This document shows, piece after piece, positions 25,372 through 37,263 of a DNA stretch of 59,505 nt. This DNA comes from Nemertoderma westbladi (taxonomy: Eukaryota; Animalia; Xenacoelomorpha): contig JAUCBJ010002670.1 in assembly GCA_032718475.1 (NCBI GenBank), positions 1 through 59,505 of the forward strand, read 5' to 3'. The position numbers and the translations under genes were made by a program. The first letter of the stretch is position 1; every line of letters begins with the position of its first letter. Under the pieces are notes generated by a model. That model worked only from the letters and a program-made list of their open reading frames with translations. It was not told the origin of the DNA and made no database searches.

Positions 25372-28300
25372 AATTTTCCGTATATACATACATGTAATTA
25401 AATTGCACCGCATAATATTGGGTAGTTATGAAATAATAATACAGTAGTACGTAGATCTTATGCCATGCTATTTAATTCCTATTAGGATATTTAACGGTGC
25501 ACAGACGGTGGCTTGCCGGGAAGGCCCATTACGCCCACCACCTCCTTTACACGTGTACTGTACACTACAGTATATAACAAGGTCTAACTAAAACTAAATT
25601 ACATACCTAAAACAAATGTAGAAAACACAGTATATCGTTTAAATGGTATTAATTTCTATATTATGCATATATATATTAAGATTACGTATTGTACTTAAAC
25701 AATCCGTATATAGTACATCTAACTAAAACTAAATTACATACCTAAAACAAATGTAGAAAACACAGTATATCGTTTAAATGGTATTAATTTCTATATTATG
25801 CATGCATATAATAAGATTACGTATTGTACTTAAACAATCCGTATATAGTACATCTAACTAAAACTAAATTACATACCTAGAATAAATGTTTAAAACACAG
25901 TATATCGTTTAAATGGTATTAATTTCTATATTATTATGCATGCACACAAGGGTATAAGTGGATTGATTTTATATGTAGATATAAAGCCGTTCTAATAAAA
26001 AAGCCTTTCTAATAAGAGTTACTGTATGCTGGATTGAGGAAAGGGTTTAAGAAAATGATTGTAATAGGTGGGATAATGCTAAAAAATTAACTGAGATTTG
26101 TAAGATTTGGATAATGCTATAAAATAAGCTAAGATATATAAGTTTATAGGATGACAAATTTATAACTAGTGTACTAAATTTTATATGAGCTACTTATTAT
26201 TGGTTTTGATTACTTGTTTTTAGATATCGTTTTAGAGACAATTTAAAGATAGATATTCTAGGTGAGTGCCTTACAGAGATTGGGAGGCTGTTCCAGACCT
26301 CGGGTGCTTGGACCCTGATGGATTGCCTGGCGACCAATAGCCTAGTCCGGTGCGTAACATAGTTGTTGTTAGTAGCGGAGCGGGTACGGTGGTCGTGAGT
26401 CGTAGATGAGAGTGTGAGTAGTTGGGGAAATATGTCTTGTGGCAGTATGTTGTTTATATAGTTAAAACAGATAGTTGACACCTGTATAATGTAGATTGCG
26501 CGTATAGTTAGTGGTTGGAAATCAGTGTTACCCCTGCTTTGTACTATCCGTTGTGCCCTCTGTTGTAGTCGGTGCAGTGATTTAATTGTAGTGTTCGGGT
26601 TGACAGTATCTGTCTGTCGTTTCCGCCTTCGCCTGGGGTGTCGATGTATTCGCGTTTGTCTTGGTGGCCCTGTATTGTCGTTGTTTGTATTAGATTTTTG
26701 TGCCCAGACAGCATTGCAGTATTGTAAGTAGGGGTCTATCATCGTGTTATACAGTATTGTGAGAATCTGTGGGTTGATGAAGTTTTTTATTTTGTTTATA
26801 ATACCGATATTCCGGCTTATTTTTCTCCGTATGTATTCGAAATGGTGTTTCCAAGTGAGGTGTTGATCTAGTAAAACACCTAGAAATTTGATTACAGTAC
26901 GTCGTTCTATTGGTGTGTGGTTTATTGTTACAGTTGTGTTAGCGTCTAGTTTCAGTTTTCTGTTGTTAGTATGGAAGATAATGTAGTTAGTTTTCTTTAT
27001 ATTGAGGGATAGTCGGTTTAGTTGGAACCATTTAGTCAGTTTAGATAAATCGTCGTTTAGATGTGAGATAAGTTGATGAATGTCCTTTCCTGCTTTTAGA
27101 ATGTTCGTGTCGTCAGCAAACAGAATAAATATGTGGTTTTCGAATATGTTTGTGATGTCGTTAGTGTAAATAATGAACAGTAGTGGGCTTAGTAAGCTGC
27201 CTTGCGGTAAGCCTATGAGCATTGTAAGTTCTTTAGATTTTCCGTTTGCTACTGTAACATATTGTATTCTGTCAGTGAGGTAGTTCGTGAACCAGTCGAG
27301 GGCTGTACCTGTAATCCCGTATCGATGTAGCTTTTGTAGTAATATTTGGTGGTTCACTGTATCAAATGCCTTAGAGAGGTCCAGAGACACCCCACAGTGA
27401 ACTCACCCTTGTCCAGTGAATTAGTCACATGTTCTAGGAGGGTTAATAATGCGTGTTGGGTGGACCGTTTGGTTCTAAATCCGAATTGTGCTGGTGTTAG
27501 TATTGCCTGTATGGTTAAATAGTCTGTTAGTTCGGTGTGTACAATTTTTTCGAGTATTTTTGAGAAGTATGTAAGTACTGATATTGGTCTGTAATTTTGT
27601 ACGAATGTCGGATTTTCTGATTTGAAAATAGGTGTGATACGCGCAATTTTCATTTGTTTTGGTACTGAGCCGCTACTGAGAGATATATTCACAATGTATG
27701 AGAGCGGTTCAGCTATTAGTGTGATAGTCGGGTACACAGCAGCGGCTGGCAATTCGTCATGGCCTGGGCTTGTCTGCTTGTTTAATCCGTTGGCAGTCAG
27801 TATTATTTCTTGAGGGGTAAATAGTATTGAAGGTGTGTAGTTTTTCGGAGGGTTCTGTCTGAGGGAGGTAGTCTAGAGGAGATCCGTTCGGTTTTGGTAT
27901 CTGTTTGTCTAATGTAATACGTACAGTTTGATAATGACTATTGAAACAGTTAGTAATCTCCTTATGGTCTGTGTATGTGCGATTGTTGTTGATTATTAGT
28001 GATGGTGCGGATTGTTTAGGTTGTCTTTGAAGGAGTCCTGTTATGTGTTTCCATACTGTTCTTGTTGTCTGAGTTTTGAAATCCAGTGCTTTACTGTAGA
28101 AATCTTTCTTAGCTGTTCGTAGTATGCTGTCGAGTAGGTTTCTGTATGTTTTAAATTTTAGTAAGTTTTCTGCTGTTGGATGTTTAGTATAATTTCCATA
28201 GAGTCTGTCCCGTTTTCTCTGTGCTTTGTATAATGTGTCTGTAAACCATGGTTTCTGTATATTTCGCACCTTAGTTCGTTCTAGAGGGAAGTTGATATCG

Positions 28301-28460
28301 AATTTTCGTTTATAGATAGTTATAAATGCATCATAAGCATTGTCTGCAGAATTCTTAGTGTATACTACAGTCCAGTCTGTATTTTGTAGACTCGTTTTGA
28401 AATTTCGTTGATTGATTTTATCATTTATTTTTCGCTTGAAAATGTATTGCCGTATTGTAG
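25372..28460 (-). mobile_element. 5'-truncated CR1/L2-type LINE with frameshifted ORF2 (26197-28460)
   Basis: KPWFT, NYRPISVL, QFGFR, DLSKAFDTVNH, GLPQGSLLSPLLF, FADD, KFLGVLLD..LTWK.H, VWNSLP. Confidence 0.9.
25584..25940. repeat. 135-bp tandem repeat (about 2.7 copies) in the LINE 3' UTR
   Basis: ctaactaaaactaaattacatacc at 25584, 25719 and 25854. Confidence 0.9.
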
Positions 28461-28629
28461 TTATAAAGATTAAGATAATTTATATTATTAGTTTGACACG
28501 GTATTACTACACCTTGGGTCACACCTACGAAATTTTTTTTAATACATAAATAGGTTATTTAAGAATACTAATATTGTTCTACAATGTATATTAATAAATA
28601 GATAATTGTTCTAGAATGTATATTAACAG

Positions 28630-29421
28630 TTAGTTAATTGGATACTCTTGCTTTACTAATTCAATAAGGTCGTTAAACGGTGAACGTTTGTGAAGCATCC
28701 TCCACCGATACTCATCCAGGTGACTTTGAAGTAAATTCAATCTAGTGCCTTTCCGTTGCTTCATTATCATAAGTTTGGCATGTCCCCATAATCCTTCTAT
28801 AAGTTGTGTGTTCGCTCCGGTGATCTGGTCTACGAATCTACCACGCCCCTTCTTACTGTGGTTTACGTGTTTGTGGAAGTATTTACCGCTGCCGTCACAG
28901 GCTTTCCATGGAAAACGTTTGCTAGTTATCCCAACAGTTTTGCCGCAGTATGCAGCCCATTCGTCGCTAAATATCGTTGTACCACCTTTGACATTGCTCT
29001 CTAGAATCGGACGCAAGGTTCTCATGTTCCTTCTTTTAACTATGAACATTCTAACGTCTACTTCTCGATCCAGTCGCTTCCAAGCTATGCCAAAAATCCA
29101 GGGTCCAACAACCATAGTACCATAATTGTTAGATCTAGTTCCTACAACCTTATGTTTTATCTTTCGATTACGCTTTTTGAAAGGTACATCTCCTAGAAGT
29201 CTTCGCCCACGTTTATATTTTCTTCTTCCACGAAACAATGATTCGTCGATTTGTACTGTTTCCCCAACTCCCCCCATTAGCTCAGCGTTATCTTTGTCTT
29301 TTGCGAACAGCTCTCTAATGTAATTTTGCCAATCCACTATCTTAGTCATAGACTTTCCTACCAGTCCATCAAACAATCGTAGTGTGACTCTAGCGGACAT
29401 GTTGATTATAAAAAAGAACAT
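28630..29421 (-). pseudogene. Merlin transposase, C-terminal DDE part
   Basis: GGVGETVQIDES, GPWIFG, IFSDEWAAY, VNHS, GANTQLIEGLW. Confidence 0.9.
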
Positions 29422-32060
29422 TTCTCAATCTGGGGTTTTACCTATAGGTCTAAGCGATCATTTTATAGTTTTTTGCACAAGAAAGACACAAAAATCTTTT
29501 TTCGGGGATCATAAAACAGTAACAGTTAGGTCTATGAAAAATTACAGCAAGGAACGCTTTTTAAGTTTGTTAGTTAATTCTGACTGGGAACCCTGTTTTA
29601 AGGCCGCTGAAATTAACCTTGCGTACACTGTTTTTAAAGATATATTTTTAAAGGCACTTAATACTGTAGCACCAATTAAAGAAATTAGTCTTAAACAACA
29701 CACTGAGCCCTGGATGACCTCGGGTATTCTTAGTAATATCAGAGAAAGAGATAACTATTTGTATAAATTTAGGAAATACCGTGTTTTAGCTGATTATAAT
29801 AATTACTGCAAATATAGAAACCTTGTCCAACGGGAAATAAAAAAAGCTAAATCTGAATATTTGTACAACAAAATAAGTGAGAATAAAGATAATCCAAAAA
29901 GTCTATGGTCTACCCTAAAATCTTTAGGTTATAAAAACCTTAAATCTAAATCGAATATTGTTCTGCAAGATAACGGTGAGCTGATTCATGATCATACTCT
30001 AGTTAGTAATTTATTTAATAATTATTTTACTAATGTTGCCTCTAATTTAGTTAAGAAATTACCGTTATCAAATAATAAATATAGTATAGGGTCCGAAACT
30101 CTAAATAATTTTTATTTAGAAAAGTTACAAAATTCAGAAAAGTTATTTTTAAAACCCGTTTCTGAGGATTTCGTTTTTATAAATCTACTTAGCCTATCAG
30201 CCTCAAAAAGTACCGGTCTAGATCTAATACCTGCCCGTTTTCTTAAGGATGGTGCTGAAGTACTTAAAGTGCCTATTACTTTTATTATTAATTACTCTAT
30301 CGTAGATAATGTAGTACCAGACGAACTGAAATTAGCTAAGGTTGTTCCTCTGTATAAAAAGAATAGTAAAGTAGAACCCTGTAATTACAGACCTGTTAGT
30401 ATCTTAAGTATTGTATCTAAAATTCTAGAACGTTCTGTTTTTCTACAGCTGGAGGCACATCTTAGTAGGCTAAATCTGATCTATGAACTTCAGTCCGGTT
30501 TTCGTAAATCATATTCTACAGACACCTGCCTTATTAACTTAACTGATACAATTAGATGTAATAACGCAAAGGGTTTATATACTGGTATGGTAATGTTGGA
30601 CCTACAAAAGGCTTTCGATACTGTAGATCACGAAATTCTGCTTGGTAAGTTAGGCCTGATGGGTGTAGGTTCTATAGACTGGTTCAAGTCCTACCTGTCA
30701 GACAGAGGTCAAACTGTAGTCATTAGCAAATCGCAGTCTACTCTACAAGAGTATTACAAGAGCATTACCTGTGGTGTACCGCAAGGTAGTATATTAGGTC
30801 CTCTGCTTTTTGTATGCTATGTAAATGATATGATAAGTAGTATAGATCCCGATTTTAAACTCATTTTATATGCCGACGACAGTGCTCTTATTTTCTCTCA
30901 TAAAGATCCTATCCATATTTCCCAAAAGTTAAGTGCAGTTCTAGAATCCTGTAATGAGTGGTTGGTTGATAATAAGCTATCCATTCACTACGGTAAGACT
31001 GAAAGTATTTTGTTTGGTTCCAAAAGAAAGTTAAAGAAGGTAACTAAGTTTGAAGTCACTAGTAATGGACATAAGATTGAAAATAAAAAGGAAGTTAAAT
31101 ATTTAGGCGCCACATTGGATAACTGCTTATCAGGAGAAAGTACAGTGAAAAATATTTTCTCGAAAGTTAACAGTAGGCTTAGGTTTCTATACAGAAATAA
31201 AAATAGTTTGAACACCGACTCCCGCAAGTTACTTTGCTCTTCTTTAATACAGTGTCACATGGACTATGCGTGCTCTTCTTGGTATGAAGGCTTAACCAAA
31301 CAGCTTAAATGTAAATTACAAGTAGCTCAGAATAAAGTAGTACGATTTATTAAAGAATACAAACCTAGGCACCACCTAACTCCAGATGACTTTTCTGAAT
31401 CTGGACTACTTAACTTAGATAGTAGAGTTAAGCAGCTACGCCTTAACCATGTGCATAAAGTGTATAATGGTAAATGTCCCAATTACCTAAAACAAAAATT
31501 CAACAGAGTACGCGATACACACTCTTACAGTACCAGAGCTAGTGCTTCAAACTTCTACCTCCCGAATTGTAAATCCTTTGAATCTGATACTTTCTTTTTT
31601 AACGGCATAAAAAATTGGAACGCTCTGCCTAATGAAATTAAAAACCTAAATAATCAACATTCTTTTAAATCTGCAGTTAAATCTCATCTCCGTGTGCAAT
31701 GTAAAAATAGGTACAATAGTTCTACAGTAAGTTATTAGTTTATTAATTATTTACTATTTATACTGTAATTACGTTTTATAATAAATTGTTCTGTACATTA
31801 CATCTTTATCGTTGAGTCGGGCATTGTCACGCTCTCGGTAAAGTTGTACATGTACATAGTGTAATTACGTTTTATATTGGTTTTAGGTTAGCGTAGTGTA
31901 ATATTGTATTTGTAACCAAGTAACATAAAGGACCCCCTTGGAAATAAGCTGCAAAGCTTTAGGGGTAATCCTATATGTTATGTTGGACAATACCTTTATA
32001 CCGGTACATTGTTTGGTGTATTTGTTATTGTTTTTACATAATGTATAAATAAATCTATCT
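29422..32060 (+). mobile_element. 5'-truncated CR1/L2-type LINE with an uninterrupted RT frame to 31738
   Basis: Starts near the endonuclease end (LSDH); [28 protein letters not shown]; tail aataaatctatct; flanked by aacat on both sides. Confidence 0.95.
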
Positions 32061-32355
32061 AACATGATCCAGAAAATTTGCTCCACAAGCAAATTAGAAC
32101 TCGAACTGAACCACGTACCTTCACGAGCTGATCTTTGATGTTTGTGAGGTCCCCTACAGCGCCAGGTCAACCTAGGAAATCCATATCTCATTCTCCTCCA
32201 AATGTATGCACTATAATATAAGTACATCCTTCTGACTTACATGTTGATTCAGCGTTTGCAGAAGGTAACAATCCGGATGACTGTGCATAGTTAATTGCAT
32301 TCTTTTCAGAGCATAATTTTGCACCAATTTCCTTTATATTTAAATCATTCGACAA
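32061..32355 (-). pseudogene. Merlin transposase, N-terminal part (frameshifted)
   Basis: NDLNIKEIGAKLCSEKNAINYAQSSGLLPS...SAREGTWFS...QIFWIM aligns with the N-terminus of ORF 4022. Confidence 0.85.
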
Positions 32356-33021
32356 TCTTTAATGTGAATGACGTGAAACATCACTCATAGCGACAAAGTA
32401 CTGTTATTCGACAGTTATGCACTTTGAGCAAGTGGTTATAATAAATATAAAACATTCTAGAATTCAATTACTATTGTTACAGTACGCTTAAAACACTATA
32501 AAACATGCTTATAATTAAATTTGTCAGGTGTGACCCAAGGTGTAGTAATACCGTTTGACACATCAATGCAATGTTCATTGTTTCTGATTAATTTTATTCG
32601 TTTATAGCGGCACTGTAGGGGTTGTCTTACCTGGTAGTATCGGCCTACTGTATTCACGAATGTTATTGGGGCTACATACAAGTTTTGGACCTTATTCGTT
32701 CTGTAAAAATGCAAATAAACCATCTCCACAGTTTTTTTAAACCTGAAATTTCACATCGGATTTGAACGCATTTATGACAGTGTATTACGATTGTGTTCTA
32801 GAACACGATGGTGATGGATAGCTATACCTATGTTTCTTTATAGCAACATAATATTTGCTGTATTAAACCCGCACACAACCAATGAATGCAGATATATTTA
32901 ATAATATTGAAACATAGTAAAAATAAATAGGAAATTGAAAGAAAATATAAGGCCCAATTTGATCTATCAACTTTATCAATCAACAGTGTTTGCAGTTTCG
33001 CAGACTGGCAGCAACACAAAC

Positions 33022-33210
33022 ATGGCGAAATCTCACCGTCCTTATTGTTTTGTTCCCAATTGCATGAACTCAAGTAGAAGAAATCCAGGTAAACTATTTT
33101 TTCAAGTTCCTCCAGAAGACTCAGTTAGAATTGCTTGGTACAGCCAGGTCTGCAAATACGGATTAATTTCATCGTCGAGAAGAATACATTGTTGCAGCGA
33201 CCACTTTGAT
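33022..33210 (+). pseudogene. THAP-domain transposase gene, exon 1
   Basis: MAKSHRPYCFVPNC..FFQVP..W..CSDHFD (C2CH THAP), followed by a gtaagt donor. Confidence 0.85.
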
Positions 33211-33749
33211 GTAAGTACAGTAAAGTGTAAAGAATAGGCCCACACCCTACACACACCTAGTTAACTCTATTAATCTTTATTCATCATAGTCTACGAGCGT
33301 GTTTTGTTCAAAACATATGAAATTAACTATTTTATCGGCATTATAATTATTTATATTAAACCTGCTCAAGTTGGAATACATATTATTGCAAGTTTTTTTT
33401 TGTTCCAGAAGACATATAAAAACAAGCTAGTTTAGCTTCAGTTCCAAGGCAAGCTGTGGTCCATGAAAATCTTTGTTCGGTTGCTTACATGTATAAGCTG
33501 AGACATCCATACCCTATAAAGCACTTAAAACCCCAGGCCTAACACTCTCTGGAAAGTTTCAAGATGGAGCTCCAATGCATCCAAAGAAACAGTTCTAGAA
33601 CACTAGCTACAAATAGCTAATTATATACATCTTTTGTGGCCAATAATACACGTAATGTCTGTCATCCTCTGTGTTCTCACTATATCGAGTGTGCACTTTC
33701 GAATGGTCAATATTATGAATTCGTGTTACCATAGCAACGGGTTGTTTAT

Positions 33750-34377
33750 TGTGACGGGATCAAGGGATCCCGACCGGTTCGTCAGACTACGCGTCACCGT
33801 GGTATTGAGAATGGGAAAAGCTTGTTGTTATCTCTTTGATGCTCGGTAATTAATATCAATAAATGAATAATGAATGATAGCACAGTTGATGGATTGACAA
33901 TAACAGTATTGTATACCGGTAGGTAGGATATATCGGTGATGGTGACGGTGAAAGATGTCACCGGTCTGCACTCAAGCTGATGACTGAACTGGTAACTAAA
34001 TGCATTCACAATATATAATGTATATATGTTGTATGTATATATATGTATATATGTAATCATTTCTACACTACTGTGGCCTTTGTTCAGTGGATGCTCTCCC
34101 CCGCTCCTATTGGCTGATTACCTACTTCACGTCTCTCACCTCTCTGGGAGTGCCCCCCCCCCCCCCCCCCCCCGTTGGCCCCTGTTGGTTATTTTTCCCT
34201 CCCGAGGTGGTTTGACCTCTAACCTCCCTTTGTGTGGCTTTGGGGTTCGTGTTGTCCCCGGTTATTGGTTGTGATACGAGATTGGTTGTTACCAATCTCG
34301 TATCTCCAATATTGCTGAAAAAGGCGCCACTGTCCTAAATTTGTGAGGGTAATGCAGCGGAATTGAATCCGCTCACA
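33750..34377 (-). mobile_element. Solo LTR related to the LTRs at 39704 and 44909, inside THAP intron 1
   Basis: TG..CA ends, 5-bp TSD tttat; both termini are homologous to the 39704-40246 LTR. Confidence 0.9.
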
Positions 34378-34567
34378 TTTATTCAAAATTAAGATTAAAT
34401 TCCCAAAATTTTCGATAACCGAAATCTTGCAAAAAGTGGATCCAGATAAAATGATCACTATATCGTCGAACTGGATTTGAACTTGAACTATCGTTAGTAA
34501 AAAAATTTTTCAGGGCTTGGCCGATGCCTTAATTTAATGACACTACTTTTTGTATTTATTTATGCAG

Positions 34568-34693
34568 CTTCCGCAGGACATGTTCAACTATGAGGAATAT
34601 ACGAAGAAGGTCTCCCTCAACGACGAAAACGCAACCAAATGGAACAGATTAAAAATTTGAGTTCTTCCTCATAAGAACCTTCCTAAAAATCAG
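34568..34693 (+). pseudogene. THAP-domain transposase gene, exon 2 (one in-frame stop)
   Basis: tgcag acceptor, LPQDMFNYEEY..RLKI*VLPHKNLP (AVPTIF-like box), gtaaat donor; phase 0 at both ends. Confidence 0.75.
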
Positions 34694-34983
34694 GTAAATA
34701 CCCTATATTCCCGTGCCTAATAGTCTTGGGGGGGGGGGGGTGGTGGTGGGCTGTAATGCATGGAATTATAGCCAGAATTCCGAATAGGCCATCAAAATAA
34801 AATAATTTTAATTTAAAATTTTACAATAATAAATGAAATAACAAGTCATATTTAGCAACCATGAAAACTTTTTTAAATTATCAAACTCCACAGTCTATAT
34901 TTTCTTGTTTAAAAAAACTCAAAATTTGAAATATTATTATTAAAAAAATTTATTTAAAAAATTTTGATTTGATTTCCTTGTAG

Positions 34984-35011
34984 AATCCTTCTGTGACCTC
35001 ATTGAAGACAC
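34984..35011 (+). pseudogene. THAP gene exon 3, 5' part (continues at 56370)
   Basis: ttgtag acceptor; NPSVTSLKT joins PSPLPML in frame after removing the LTR element and one TSD. Confidence 0.65.
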
Positions 35012-35371
35012 TGTTATGTAATGTGATCTGTAATATTGAAACCAATACGTAGTAAATTGCAATACATTGTTTAAATTGATTAGCCAACACACTAAGTATA
35101 AGTATATAATGTTTGTTTAATAAATAAATCCGTGTAAAGGTCTATCCATATAAGCCATTAATTAACTGTAATGTGCAAATTAATTACACTAACAATAATG
35201 TTCACCTCACAGTTTGTGCAGTACATAATATGTACAATGTACATAGTTGTTAAAGAATGTATTCTGACCAGTGTCAACTTGATATTCAATATACACTATC
35301 TTTCTGTATTTTAGTATACCATTAGTTTTCCATTCCATAAATGGACTTCCACTTGGGGAAGATCCACAACA
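35012..35371 (+). repeat. BEL/Pao 5' LTR
   Basis: TGTT..AACA ends; matches the pieces at 51812-56364. Confidence 0.9.
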
Positions 35372-35373
35372 TT

Positions 35374-35383
35374 TGGCGCCCGA
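35374..35383 (+). promoter_or_regulatory. Primer binding site (tRNA-Lys-like)
   Basis: tggcgcccga starts 2 nt after the LTR. Confidence 0.7.
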
Positions 35384-35473
35384 TATTATAAACTCATTTC
35401 GTTCATTAAATACATTACATCATTGTGTGTGAACTGTTCATCATCATTATTCGGCAAGTTCATTACATTCACA

Positions 35474-36557
35474 ATGAGTAAAAGAGATCCTTTCCAATAA
35501 TCCCACGATCCTAACCACGACGAAATCGAGTTCATACGACTCATAAGAAGTAGAGGGGCAAAGCGGTCCGCAGCAACAAAAATCCTCAACGAGTTGGATG
35601 CAGAAGATCTTAACCAGTTGACAATCGAAAAGAAACGATCGAAGCTCAAAATCCTCAACTCTTACACGGAAAGTCTCGACAAATTCGACGACGAAATCTG
35701 GGGTCTACTCGACCAATCTCAAATCAACAAAGATATCAACGAAGCAACCTATTATAAGGTTAGACTCACTGAAACTATAACTCTGTTAGAAATGTCTCTT
35801 TCAGCAGCCTCAAATCTACCTACAAGTACAAATGTTAGTAGTGGTGCAATAAATCCAGGTTCTAGTGCAGTTAGTAGTAGTATACGCTATAAGTAGTCAA
35901 AATGTCAGATCAGGGCTTCCAAAATTGGATAGACCTATTTTCAGTGGTGACGGTTTAGATTTTTGTGGTTGGCGAGATTCATTCCGTAGTGCTTTTGCAC
36001 GATTCTGGTCTTCCAGATGTACTTAAGAATTTTAATGCAAGCTGTGCAAGGTGAAGCTAAAGCAGTAGTTGCTGGTCTATCAATCACTAGCGAAAATTAT
36101 CCAGTAGCCATGGATCTTTTAGATCAAAGGTATGGTTCTAAACACCGAATGATACAGGCACACATTGAAAAGCTACGAGATATTACGAATAAACAATTAA
36201 CATTGAGACAAGTACAAAATACATGTATGTACGAGCATTGGAAGCACTTGGCACTAATCCACAACAATATTAAATAACTGCGATAACAGACGTCATGAAA
36301 ACATATACATTTTTGATTGATGATTTTGCATATGGCACTAAAATACTAGAAAAGAAAAATAACAACATAGATGATTTATTGTGGCCCATGAACCAAATAG
36401 GTACACGATTAGCAAGTGAGGAAGTGATGAACACATATAAAAATGAAACAAACGGAACAAATTCCATAAACAAAATAACAACACAGAGACAAAATGATAG
36501 CTCAATGACCTCTACAGTAGCGGCATTTCCAATTACTGCCAATGCAGCAAACATTGT
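35474..36557 (+). pseudogene. BEL/Pao gag, N-terminal part
   Basis: LPKLDRPIFSGD..W.DSF, GEAKAVVAGLSITSENYPVAMDLLDQRYG, VRALEALG. Confidence 0.85.
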
Positions 36558-37263
36558 ATGGCCGGGAACACAAAAAAGTACCCAAAACGTACCGAAAAAT
36601 TCAGAATTGGATAATTCTGCTTCTACTCAACGAATTTTCATGAAATAAAATGTATTTTGATTCTTAAATATTAAGAAATCTTGGAAACCACATTCAAGCA
36701 ACATACATAGATGTTAACAGAAAAAAAACACGGCTCAAACCCTAAAAAACAAGGAAAAACGGATTCAGATCGACATAGTTGCTCTCAGTAAAATAAATAT
36801 ATCACTTTTGTTTCAGTGTTAAATGGTATATTGTTAATATTTCCTGAAAGAGCATTAAATTTGCTACAAAATTCACTAAGCATTTACCATCTGGGATAAA
36901 TATAAAGAGAGTGGGAAAGCAGCAAACATTGTTTTTGTTATAAATAACGAAAAGTGTCCCTTAGTAAACATCTGTGCACAATTAGACTTCTAAGTAACTG
37001 TGTCCTATCAATCCCATTTTATCACAATCTGCAATTATTCAGCTTGATTAAAAAAAAATATCCAATTATAATCAGTAGTTTTAAAGATACTAGTGTTTAA
37101 AGCCTTCAAAGTAGGTATATTAAACCATAAATGTCCATGCCTGTAACGAAACATAAAGCGCTTTTAAAAAATATGTGTACATCTTATCAACCAATCAGTA
37201 GTAGTTGTGAATTCCCATTGGAAAAGCGCTTCAATTGATATACAACAATCAACTCATCATAGT

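Larger units (their letters stand above)
28500..32552 (-). mobile_element. Complete Merlin DNA transposon carrying a LINE insertion
   Basis: Perfect 27-bp TIR ggtattactacaccttgggtcacacct; perfect 9-bp TSD gtttgacac (28491-28499 and 32553-32561). Confidence 0.95.

Noticed and set aside
24822-25447. Poly-KL, poly-VK and poly-TL ORFs; possible telomere repeat
   Set aside because: These are translations of a stop-free hexamer microsatellite. The unit is not a canonical telomere repeat and is better explained as a LINE tail.
29384-29421. Overlapping divergent genes and the N-terminus of the 784-aa ORF
   Set aside because: These bases are antisense Merlin sequence; the LINE begins at 29422.
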